Assembly: GCA_028534125.1 (NCBI GenBank)
Contig: CM052832.1
Coordinates: 9,674,001 to 9,738,000 of the forward strand
From: Lama glama
Lineage: Eukaryota
Reading direction: 5' to 3'
DNA length: 64,000 bases
Positions 13,231 to 24,579 of the stretch are shown piece by piece. Every line of letters begins with the position of its first letter. Position 1 is the stretch's first letter. The translations under genes were made by a program, and so were the position numbers. The notes under the pieces are model-generated. The model did not search any database. It saw nothing but the letters and a program-made list of their open reading frames with translations, and was not told the DNA's origin.

Positions 13231-15532
13231 AGTGGTATCCCATTTTTATTTTAATTTGCAATTCCCTAATGAGCATCTTTTCATACATTTATGTGCCATC
13301 TGTATATCTTCTTTGTTGAGATAACTGTTCAGGACTTTTGCCCACTTTTTAATTGAATTGTTAATTTTCATATTGTTAAGTCTTAAGAGCTCTTTGTATA
13401 CTTTGGATAACAGTCCTTTATCAGATGTATCTTTTGCAAATATTTTATCTCAATCTGTAGCTTGTCTTCTCATTCTCTTGATATTGTCTTTCACAGAGCA
13501 GAGGTTTTAATTTTAATGGAGTCCAGCTTATCAACTATTTTTTTCATGGATTATGCCTTTGGTGTTGTATCTACAAAGCCATCACAATACTCAAGGTTAT
13601 TTAGGTTTTCTCCTATGTTATCTTCTAGGAATTTTATAGTTTTGTGTTTCACATTTAGCTCTGTGATACATTTTGAGTTAATTTTTGTGAAGAGTTTAGG
13701 TCCAAGTATAGCTTTATTTTTTTGTACATGGATGTCCAATTATACCAGCACCATTTATTGAAAAAAGTATCTTTGCTCCATGGCTTTGCCTTTCCTTCTT
13801 TGCCACAGATCAGTTGACTCTATTTATGTGAGTCTATTTCTGGGTTCTCTGTTCTGTTCCACTGAACTATTTGTCTATTTTTTTCATTAATACCACACTG
13901 TCTTGAAATTGGGTAGTGTCACTTTTCAGACTTTGTTCTTCTTCAATACTGAGTTGCTATTTGGGGTCTTTTGTCTCACCATAGAAACTTTAGAACCAGT
14001 TTGTCAATAGCCATAAAATAAGTTGCTGAGATTTTTATTGGAATTGTGTTGAATATATAGATCAAGTTGGGAAGGACTGACATCTTGATAATATTGAATC
14101 TTCATATCCATGAATATGGAATATCTTTCTGGCTATTTAGTTCTTTTTTGATATCTTTCGTCAGAGTTCAGATCTCTCATTCAGATCTTGTACTTGAGTA
14201 TATACCTAATGAAATAAATAAATATTTTATTTTGGGGGATGCTAATATAAATGGTAATTTCAAATTCCATTTGTTCATTGCTGGTATGTAGGAAAGTGAT
14301 TGACATTGATATATTTACCTTGTATTCTCGCAACCTGGCTATAATTACTTCTTAGTTCCAAGGCTTTTTTTATTGTTGTTGTTGATTCAGATTTTCTATG
14401 TAGACAGCTATATTATCTGTGAACAAATACAGTTTTGTTTCTTCCTTCTCAATATATATACCTTTTCTTTTCTGTTCTTGCTTTATTGAATTAGCTAGGA
14501 CTTCCAGTACAATGTTTAAAACATTGCCTTGTTCCTGATCTTAATGGGAAAACTGCAAGTTTCTCACTGTTAAATATAATATTAGCTGAAGATTTTTAGT
14601 AGATATTCTTTATCAAATTTCCCTCTATTCCTAGTTTCCTGAGAGTTTTTTTTAATCATGAATGAGTTTTGGATTTTGTCAAAAAAAATTTTTTACATCT
14701 ATTGATATTATCATGATTTTTTCTTCTTTAGCCTGTTGTTATGATGGATGATTTTGATTTTTGAATGTTGAACCAGCCTTACATACCTGGGATAAATCTC
14801 ACTTGGTAGTGACGTGTAATTTTTTTTTTATGTATTTTTAGATTCAATTTGATAATATTTTGTTGAGGATTTCTGCCTCTATATTCATGAGATATTTGGT
14901 CTGTGTGTTTTTGTTTTCATTTTTTTTCTTATGTTTTTGTCTGGTTTTGATATTAGGGTAATGCTGGCCTTAAGGAATCCATTAGAACATATTCCTACTG
15001 CATCTATACTCTGAAAGAGATTGTAGAGAACTGGTATAATTTCTTCATTAAATGTTTGGTAGAATTTGCCAGTGAACCCATCTAGGTGCTGAATGTACTG
15101 CAGGGAGAAGGCAAACTTCGTGCCTTTGGAGAGCTTACATTCTCACAGGGCAGTCAGACCATAAGCATCTAAACAAATGAAGATATAATATAATGTCTGA
15201 CAGTGAAAGAATTAAGAAAAATAAAGCAGGGTCTGGGCATAGAGAGTGACTATGCTGGGGCATGTTGGTACCATTTTAATTGGGTTGGTCATGGAAGGTG
15301 GTGACATTAAAGCTGAGACCTGAATAAGGAGCTGTAGGAAAATCTAGAGCTGTGGTGATTCTCAGTCCTGTCTGGTTGTAAGAATCACCTGGGGGAGTTT
15401 AAAAAAACAATTCCAATGGCCAGACCACACTTCAGTCCATTTGAACATGAGTCTCTGGAGATGGAACCCAGGAACCAGGATTTTTTGTTTTGTTTTCTTC
15501 TTTGTTTGTTTTTGGGGGCACCAGCATTTTTT

Positions 15533-15666
15533 CCCATTCTTTTTGTTACTTTGCGGGTAATCAGGTTTATTTATTTGTTTATTTACTGGAGGTACTGGGG
15601 ATTGAACCGCTGACCTCATGTATGCCCGGCATGTGCTCACCACTGAGCTACACCCTCACACCCCTT
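15533..15666 (-). mobile_element. tRNA-Ala-derived SINE (Vic-1-like) inserted in a MER5A-like element
   Basis: Reverse-strand copy. TSD gggcac(c/t)ag(c/t)atttttt at 15516-15532 and 15667-15683. Confidence 0.9.
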
Positions 15667-15740
15667 GGGCACTAGTATTTTTTAAGTTCCCTGGGTGATT
15701 CTGATGTGTAGCCGGGGTGGAACCAGTGGTCTAGGACAAC

Positions 15741-16036
15741 TCTGTCCAACAGAAATGCAATTTAAACCACATAGGGAATTTTAAATATTCTAGTAGCCTC
15801 ATTTAAGAAGTAAAGAAGAAACAGGTGACTCTAATTTTAATAGCAGTTTAATTTACCTAATATATCTTAAACATTTCATCATGTGACCTATATAAAAATT
15901 ATTAGTGTGATGTTTTGCATCTTTTATACTAAGTCTTTGAGATTGGGTGTGTTTTTACATTCAGAAGCACATCTCAGTTCAGACCAACCACATTTCAAGT
16001 GCTTGGTAGAAACTTGTGGCCATCGTCTTGGACAGA
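15741..16036. mobile_element. MER33/MER3-like hAT-Charlie MITE
   Basis: Terminal inverted repeats ctgtccaa...ttggacag, internal aaatattctagtagcc and gcacatctcagttcagac. Confidence 0.75.
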
Positions 16037-17740
16037 ACAGAAAAAGAGCTTTCTGAGCAAAAGAACTGAGCAAATTCTTGAGTTTGAAGTACAACTAGGA
16101 GACATGTGTGGCTGAAGGGGCGTAAAGGAGGGTAGGAGTGGTAATAAATGAGGCAAAGAGATAGGCAGGGCCTAGCATTTTGGGTTTTATTCTAAATGTG
16201 ATGGGAAGCTATTGGATACTTTTAAGGCAAGAAATAGTTTGCTCTAATTTGCTTTTAAAAGAGCCTTTGGCTGCTCTGTTGGAAACAGTCTGCACCGAGG
16301 TCAGAGTACAGCAGAGAGGTCCAGATACAAGCTATTACATTAGCAGGAGTGAGAAATACAGGCAGCTGGGATTCGAGAGGCCATGGGGCAGATGCTGAAA
16401 AGCGTTTGGGTTCACAGTAGGTATTCCAAGGCTGAACCCAGCGGAGTTGCTGACGGACTGTATGTGGGACAGGAGAGGAAAAGAACAGTCAAAGATGACT
16501 CCAAGAGTTTTGTCCTGAGCAAATGATGGTGGAGCTGGGTTTGGGGTGGGGTAGAAATAGGTTTGGGTGGGAAATAAAAGTTGAATTTGAGCATAGACTA
16601 ATCAACGTTGGATGTGTCTTCTAAAATCTAGAATGTGTGTGTCGGCAAAGGCCCACGGGTGTAGAAAAAGTGCAGGACATGTTCAAGCGATGGAGATTCC
16701 ATAAGGTAAGAATATGTGTTGGGGCAGGGACCAGGGTATGGAAAAACAGGAGATAAAACACACTGCAGTAGATTATAGGGGGCCTTGAATGCCAAACTAA
16801 GGAATTTGACATTTATTTGATAGGCATGGCCAGTAGCTATTGGAAAAGTTTGAGTCCTAACTAATATGATCGGAACCTAACTTTCTGCTAACAATTCTAT
16901 GTTTAATAACATGAAAAATACCCATGAGATAATTTTCACTAAAATTTTAGATATAGGATTAGAACCAAGTTTTTTTGAATCTCACATATGAAAATAAAAG
17001 TCCCATGTATTAAAAAGAAACTGGAAGGAACACTATCAAAATGTTTAATAGAGATGGTCTCAGCAGTTGGTAAGACTATAGATAGGTTGGATTTTTTTTT
17101 CTTTTCTTTCTGCTCCTCTTTATTTCCCAATTTTCTTTCATGGAGCATAACCAATTTTATAGTGAGAATAAGTTTAAATTAACAACATAAATGTTTACAG
17201 GATTGGAGGAGTATTTTGGACAGAGAGAATGGAGGCTGGAATCTGGGTTAGGTTCATGGTTGCGTCTTCCAGTAGAATGGGAAGAAGAGGATGAACTGGG
17301 GCAGGGGCCACGGGAGGAGGAGACGAATGGAAACTGTATTTTTGGCCCTTGAATCTGATACATAGGAAGCTTTACCGCAAACAAGCGTGGTGGTTAAGAG
17401 GATGCGCTGTGGAACGAGGCTGCTGAACGTGGCCACTTACTTGGGCAAATTACTCCCTGTGCTTTTTTACACTCTGTAAGTGGGAATAATAATTGTACCT
17501 ATTGCATAAGGTTGTTCTAGGAAGTAATTGAGCAAATACACATTACCCACTTAGAGCAGTGTTCAGCTCATAGTAGACACTCAGTCTGCCAGCTACCATT
17601 CTTGTTACTTCCAGGGACCTGGCCTCAGTGGAATCGATGCTCAGGAGAGATACAGACTATGTATTGGAGTGGAGTGAATAGACAAAGTCTACTGAAGCAT
17701 TGTTTCTAACAGTTTAATTTTTTATAAGAATATATTTGTG

Positions 17741-17843
17741 GGGGTGGGGTATAGTTCAGTGGGCAAGCATGTGCTTAGCATTCACAAGGTCCTCAGTTCA
17801 ATCCCCAGTACTGCCATTAAAAAAATAAAAGTAAATTTTAATA
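17741..17843 (+). mobile_element. tRNA-Ala-derived SINE (Vic-1-like, short-tail form)
   Basis: TSD aagaata(t/c)atttgtg at 17726-17740 and 17844-17858. Confidence 0.9.
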
Positions 17844-18757
17844 AAGAATACATTTGTGTAGTATACATTTTAAAAAGTTTTTGGTAGTTAAAGTTTTTTT
17901 GAAAATAGATTGGGCTGTCTTAGAAATTGTGAGCTCCCATCATTGAAGGAGTTCCCACAAGTGCTGCTTGGACCACTGCGGGGGCTGGTACAGGACTGTG
18001 ACTAGTTTTCATCAGAAGACGTACTGGGGTTTTTATATAACAAAGTCATTCCATTAGAGGTGCTGTCCTTTATTCAGAGCCCTCTCTCAGGGTTTGGTGT
18101 TCAGGTATTCTTTATTTTATGAAATATGGTATATATAGACTAGGTTTTTTCCCTGATAACTTTAGTTGGCAACAGTCATACTTTTTGGTCTCCAAAATTC
18201 TGGGGGAAATTTTATTGGTCTTTGAAATGTAAATTTCTGGGAACTCAAGTTGTGGGGAAAATGAATAATTTGTTTAGGCTCAATTAGGTTGCCCCTGGGT
18301 CCCCTTCTGACCCTGAGAGTCTCTCATTTTAGAGCCCAGGCTGGACCCCTGATCCCAGTGAGTCATTCTGCAAATGTGAGCTTTGAGATGGGGGACTGGG
18401 GAGAGACTTGACTGGGTCCACAGAACTCTGCCACTACAGCTGTCGAGAGTGGAAGTCTTCTGATGGGGAGGCTCTGGGCTGTGCTGTGGGGCCAGGAAGT
18501 GTGGTCCAGGTCAGTCCAACAGGATCTCCACCCCAAGGAGCTGATAGTCTGACATCATTCATGTACCAAAGACAGTTTTGTTTTCACAACTTCTTAGACC
18601 CTCAATTTCCTCATATATACAATGAGAATAAGATTGATAATTAGACCATCTGACAGCTCCAGAGATGCCTGTCTCCTTCCTTCCTTCACCTCCACCCAGA
18701 TCTGGAAAGAAAAATGAGACTCTGAGAGGTAGACATAGGGTCAAAACAGAATGGATG

Positions 18758-18874
18758 CCGGTGAGGGGAAGGGTATAGCTCAGTAGTAGAGCGCATGCTT
18801 AGCATGCATGAGGTCATGGGTTCGATCCCCAGTACCTCCATTAAATTAAAGAATAATAAATAAATAAGTAAATG
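18758..18874 (+). mobile_element. tRNA-Ala-derived SINE (Vic-1-like, short-tail form)
   Basis: tRNA-Ala(AGC)-like body at 18769-18840. TSD aaaacaga(a/c)tggatg at 18743-18757 and 18875-18889. Confidence 0.92.
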
Positions 18875-19560
18875 AAAACAGACTGGATGGAGCAGAGATG
18901 TGCAGTTACCTGAAAGAGACAGAATGGCTTCCAGACCAACGAGGCCTAATTGTCACTGGACCAGAAAATGAACGTATCTCCTGAGAAAGGTCCTTCAGCC
19001 CTGGATATTTGTAAGAAAAGGCAAGAGGTCGCTGAGGGGAGAGACAGCCTGGCCTTGCCTGATGTTGGGCTGGGCCCCCAACACTGGAACCCTGTTGGCT
19101 CCTCCCTTAGCTCACCCCCTTACCCACCAAGCCTCCTCTGATTCCCCTCTGGCTGTCCCTGGGGAAGGGCCTCTGGGGAGAGAGGGTGCTGCTCAGAGAG
19201 CCCGGTTCCCTTGTCCTGTCCAGCCAGCAGCTGTGTCTCCCGCCGTCGGTTAATACTTGGCTGTGTGGGGTGTGTCGCTGTCTTGGGGCTCTGGTTACCT
19301 GGAGTCACCCCTCTGGACATGCTGACAGGTCACATTTTGGAGGCTGAGGTGTTAGGCCCAGCCATGGGGTGCCCTCGCTGAGGTTGTGTCGCCTGGGTGG
19401 CCTTGAAGCTGCCTCCCCGGGCAACACCCCGTACCTTCCTCTCCCTCGTTTCTCCAGTTCGGCTCCCAGTGATCTTGTGATGATGAAATCAGTTAGTGGA
19501 GGAGAAAGCACTTTCTAAAGTGGCTAAGCATTATACACATGTAAATAACGACCATCATTT

Positions 19561-19701
19561 TTATCCTTGTTTTTTTTTGGGAGGGGGTGGGTAATTAGGT
19601 TTATTTATTATTATTTTTTTTAACGGAGATACTGGGAATTGAACCCAGGACCTCGTGCATGCTGAGCAAGCACTCTACCACTGAGCTATACCCTCCCCAC
19701 A
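19561..19701 (-). mobile_element. tRNA-Ala-derived SINE (Vic-1-like)
   Basis: Reverse-strand copy flanked by accatcat(t/c)t repeats. Confidence 0.9.
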
Positions 19702-22199
19702 ACCATCATCTTAAAATGGGATCCTGTGTATTTAAACTCTGAAAAAGTATAATGTGCCACATGAATTACCCTAATTACTGTTGGGAGCTAAGACCGGTGG
19801 GGATTGACAGTTAGGCTCAAGATAAATTGCAGATTGGCCCCCCCACCCCCCTGCCCCCTTTTCAGGGTTACATTGATAACAGTGGCAGAGTTTACCCAGA
19901 GGAAGAACTAAGGTGGGAACTGAACCGTGCTGTGGTTCAACAGGTGGCTGCCCCTCTGTGACCCCGGCCGGGTCGGGCTGTGTGGAGTGTGACGAGGGCG
20001 CTTGGGACCCTCCATCAGTAGCCCTCTGCAGACAGCCGCTGAGCTTCCAGTTACGGGCAGTGCACCCCATCACGTGGCTCACCAAACCCTGAGCTCCGGC
20101 TGCTGTTTTTCTGGACTAAAGTGAGCCCCAGCACCCCCCAGCCGCTCCCATTAGAGGGGAAGGGACAGGGTTGGCACCGCTCGACCATCTCTTAGGATGA
20201 TGGACACCCCTGCCAAGGGGCGCATCCGAGCTGGGTGCAGGTCGGCATTGCTCAGCTGGAGTGGCTCAGGTGTACCTTTTCAAGGTGGTGACTTGGATGT
20301 ACACTTATATTTAGAAATCACTTGGTTGAGGAAGGTGTTAGAGGCAGGGTGGGGATGGGGAAAGACAGTATCAGATTAGCTGTGCTGAATACTGTTCTCA
20401 GGGTTTTACATGCAAAATCTCATTTAATTCTCACTCCCCCAATCCCTGTGGTGGATTTCATTTACAGTTGAGGAAACTGAGGCACAGAAGGCTTAGTCCA
20501 CTTGTCCCAAGATTGTACAGCTATTAGAACGTGACAGAACCAGGATTTAAACCAGGCAGGAAGTCTAACTGCAGAGTCAGAGCTCTTTTTATTATTATTG
20601 TCTTTTTTCCGATGCACATCTGAGGCAGAGAGAGACTTGTCAAGGTCACACAGCCAGTACGTCGCGGACTTGGGAGTCACACCCAGGTCAGTCCACCTCC
20701 AGAGCTCACACTGGTAACCACTGCTCTATTTTACATCCATGGCTGATATTATGATATTTAATCATAATAAATAATACAGTAACCTGTATAATATAGTACA
20801 GTATTCTATTATAGTATATTATTCTATTGTAGTGTAATATTTTATTTATAATTTATTTAATGAATCCTCTATTGTTGGACAGTTAGGTGGTTTCCATTTT
20901 TTAGGATTTTAAATAAATGCCAAGATTTTTTTTTTTAAGAGAGAGAATGTTGTTTGGTTTACCAGTTTATTTGTTTGTTTGAAAGGATTTAGAGCAGATG
21001 GGCTGAGCGATCATAGGCTGGAAGAGTTGGAGGCTTTGAGTTGACTACTTGAATGGAGAATGAAATTCTGATTAGGAATGGTGCCAGTGTGGAGAGAAGG
21101 AAAGAATAGACTCTATGCCTTAGCCCAGGGATTTGGCATTGCCTGCTGAGATAGAACATTTGGAATGCATTTCAGAAATATCTGTCATTCCCACTTTGGA
21201 TATTTTCATGTTCTCCAGCATTTTCCAGCCCAGCATCTCAGTGACATTGCCCAGACACACATGGATAGGGCTGGGCAGAGGGTGAGGCCCTTCTCTTCCC
21301 CAGATCAGCCAGGTGCAGCCATCCGGAGTCACACCATCTGTCCATCCCATGTCCCTTGCTCCTTCTGCCCCTCTCCAACTCAGCCTCCCTTCCAAGGTAC
21401 CCCTTTCGGTTTCTATATCCCAGGTCAGAAACAGAAGAGGAAGCTTGAGGATGTCATACGCGGCCATGACCATAATGGCCTTCGTTTGTTGAGTCTTCAT
21501 CGTGGCACCGAGCACTTTCCCGGCCACAGCTCTCTTATCTTCACAACAGGACCACTGTGAAACCACCATTTGTAGAGGAGGAAAAGGTGGCTTCAAGAGC
21601 TTAAGGACTTGCCCAAGACTATGTAGCCAGGGCTCATCTATGCTCCACAGCCACATCACCACCATAGCTACTTTTCAGCCTTCATGATGCACTACAAACA
21701 GAGGGCACTCTAGCTCTGGGTGGGGGGAATCTTCAGAATATTGGCAAGAACACATTCAGTAACTTGCATATGTGTACACCAGATGGGCTCACTTGTAGAG
21801 TGTTGGAACTGCAAAGGGTCCTGGGAGTCTCTGAAAAGGAAACTGCCTTATTTTAAAATTCTGGCAAATGAGGTCCAGAGAGATCCACTCACTTGCCTAA
21901 GAGCGAGATGGTGGCCCAACCAGATTAGAACCAGACTCTTCTGATGCCCCCGCTGGAGCTTCTCGAGAGGCAGATAGCTCTCAGCTTTACTCTGCAGGGA
22001 GGATTCGGAGCAAAAGCATGAGTCAGAAGGGCAGGTTGAGGGGAAGCAGGAGTAGTTTGGTCCCATTGGGCAATGCTGAGGTGCAGGGAGCTATGGAACC
22101 ACAAGGTCCCTCCAACTGTCCACTCTCAACTCCAGCACACACCCAAATTCCAATTCCACCATAATGAAAAATACAAGAGGGGGTAATTGCCAGGACGAC

Positions 22200-22370
22200 A
22201 ATGTGGCCTGGTGATTAAGAGCCTGGGCTCTGACATTAGACAGACCAGGATTCATATCCAGGCAAGGGGCTTCACCTCTCTGAGCCTCAGTTTCTTTATC
22301 CACACAATGGGGGTAATAACTACATATCCTATGGGGCCACTGTAAGAAAGAAATGAGATAATGCTTGTAA
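22200..22370 (+). mobile_element. MIR SINE (representative of many copies)
   Basis: Core ttcacctctctgagcctcagtttctttatc...aatgggggtaata. Other copies near 1300-1440, 7790-7960, 20400-20720, 22835-23030, 25350-25540, 36340-36560, 40865-41100, 44845-44990, 56510-56720 and 63885-64000. Confidence 0.8.
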
Positions 22371-23037
22371 AGAAACTGGCAAAAGTTTGTGGAAAGAAGA
22401 GAAGACTCAAGGTTGCTTGAGTTGGTGGAAAAAAGAACATAAAACTGGTAACCAAATATATGATTTCAACAAAAGGCCAAGTATTTCTTAATTTCATCTG
22501 ATTCATTATTTCTCACAGGCACTGTTGGGGTTGAGGGGGTGCTCATTTCACATTCCCCACATGGAGGCGGGCTGTGTCAGCGGTGGGAAACGGCTCTGTG
22601 ACCGCTCTCCGCAGAGGGATGGGTTAGAGTTACTTTGGAATAACACAGGACTGCTTTTACTTCCTGTCTAGAAAGGGGTGGGGGAGATAGAGAGGAAGGA
22701 GGATTGTTAATATAAACTTGAAATCCAGATTTTTTTCTAAAGTGCATGTCCTCAGCTGTGTGACCTCAAATGAACCTCTCACTGTCTCAATTGTCTCTTA
22801 ACCACAAGGTCATTGAGATGGCCACATAATAGCCACTTTACATGCAGCATCTTATTTAATCCTTGATACAAGCCTGCGAGATAGATATTACCATCCCATT
22901 TTAGATGGAGCAGAAAACTGTGGTTCAGGGGAAGTGAAGTAACTTGTCTAAGGCCACACAGCACACCGCCAGCAAGGGGTAGATCTGTGATTTAAGTCCA
23001 GGTCTGACACTAAAGCCCGTGTGCTTTCCAGTCTGTC

Positions 23038-23800
23038 CAGGGTAGATTCAGATTTTGCTGGATCTAAATTTTATGCAATTTGGGGAGCCCTCTTTAAGAA
23101 AACCAATACAAAATCACAAACCTAAAACATACAGAAGTGAACTTTTATTTTGATTTTGAAATGAAATCATGACATATTACAAAAAAATTTTAAAGCTGAA
23201 AAATATCACAAACATCACAAAATCCAGAAAAATAATAGAATAGTTGTGTTAACCACGTGATACCCCTCTACCTTCTTCCTAAATCTTTTGGCTGCATCCT
23301 CTTTGTATCTTCTTTTAACAATTTCCATAGAGAAAATAAAAAAGATAACCCAGTATTATCTAGCATGGTTGATTTGAAATTTTTTAAATTATTGATCGTT
23401 TAGAAAAGTTTATTTTAGCTTCATAAGTCACTGGTAATGTCCTATAAAATTGGGATAGTGGTCAAATTTGGGAAAACCTCCATCAAAGTTCCTGCCATAG
23501 GTAAGCCATAGATTTTAGGGCAATTTATGTTTTCTGGGGTAGGGATTTCTCTAAAATAATCTTTGTATCGATGACCCTTCTTACCTTGTCAGCTCAATGT
23601 TGTCTTCATTGATAATTACTATTTTATGTCAAATCAGCAAAAAATTTGAATCTTTTCCAATAGCTTCCCCACTCCTATCGCTTGAGATGGAATGAAGATG
23701 GTTTACGTTAATAAAAGACTCATAATTAAAACTCCTTTTCTCATAAATCTATGACCTTTTAAAGGGAATTCATTACGAAATACCGGATATGAAAACATTT
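23038..23800 (-). mobile_element. hAT DNA transposon fossil with transposase C-terminal remnant
   Basis: MER53-like terminus at about 23038-23130. Minus strand 23480-23361 gives, across frameshifts, EVFPNLTTI..TLPVTYEAKINFSKRSII*K..STML. Confidence 0.75.
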
Positions 23801-24480
23801 GAAGCATTTGGATGATTTGGCCTAGAAAGGGGAAGGCTGTAGGAAGCAAATAAATAACCACCTTCAAGGATATGAACCTTAGTGGGTAACAGTCACCAGG
23901 GTGCAGCTGAGCCTTTGATCCTGGAGTCTGGGGAGGGGCTCAGGTGGCTGCCCAGTTACCAGGTTCTGCAAGTCACTTTGAGCAGGTGTCCTAAAATGGA
24001 TACAAAGAGTAATAGAGAAATCTGTGTGAGGATAGCTGAAAAATGCCTTACCATGGACTCCAAGTGTGAACCGTGGTCCAGCAATTGCTGGCAGGGCTGC
24101 TGGTTAGAAATGCAGAATCTCAGGCCCCACCTAGAACTGTTGTATCGTAGTCTGGGTAATTCTGTCCTGGGTAGTTCTGTGCAAGTGATTTTCTGAGAAG
24201 CCCTGGACCAGAGACTTCAGCAGAAACTGCCAGATGTGCCCCGTCCCAACTTGGCAGCTGGTCTTTCTTTTCCCTTTCTGTGTCCTTCACCTTGGGAACC
24301 GGCCTCTCTTCCAGCAGTCATCTACTGTGTTGATTCATTATATCTCTACTTCCCCTCCCACCAGACTGTGAACTAGAGGGCTGAGATGTGTTCCTCTTTA
24401 ATTTCCAGCCCCTCTCGGTGCCTGGCACACAGGAGCTACCATGTATGGAATGCCCGCTGTGTGCCAAGAGCTCTACCTCT

Positions 24481-24579
24481 CTCTCTCTCTTTTTAATTCA
24501 ACGGAGGTACTGTGCATTGAACCCGGGACCTAGTGCATGCTAAGCATGCGCTCTACCACTGAGCGATTTCCCTCCTTCC
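24481..24579 (-). mobile_element. tRNA-Ala-derived SINE (Vic-1-like, short-tail form)
   Basis: ggaggtactg...ttgaacccgggacctagtgcatgctaagcatgcgctctaccactgagc, flanked by agagct repeats. Confidence 0.88.

Larger units (their letters stand above)
11450..15090 (-). mobile_element. L1 (L1MA/L1MB-like) antisense: 3' UTR plus decayed ORF2 C-terminal part
   Basis: Minus-strand peptide 13551-13739 (FTKINSKCITELNVKHKTIKFLEDNIGENL) is an L1 ORF2 remnant. Split by an LTR at 12320-13230. Confidence 0.9.

Noticed and set aside
18769..18840. tRNA-Ala(AGC) gene (and the other ten tRNA-like copies)
   Set aside because: A-rich tails and target-site duplications, mismatched acceptor and T stems and no oligo-T terminator mark them as SINEs.
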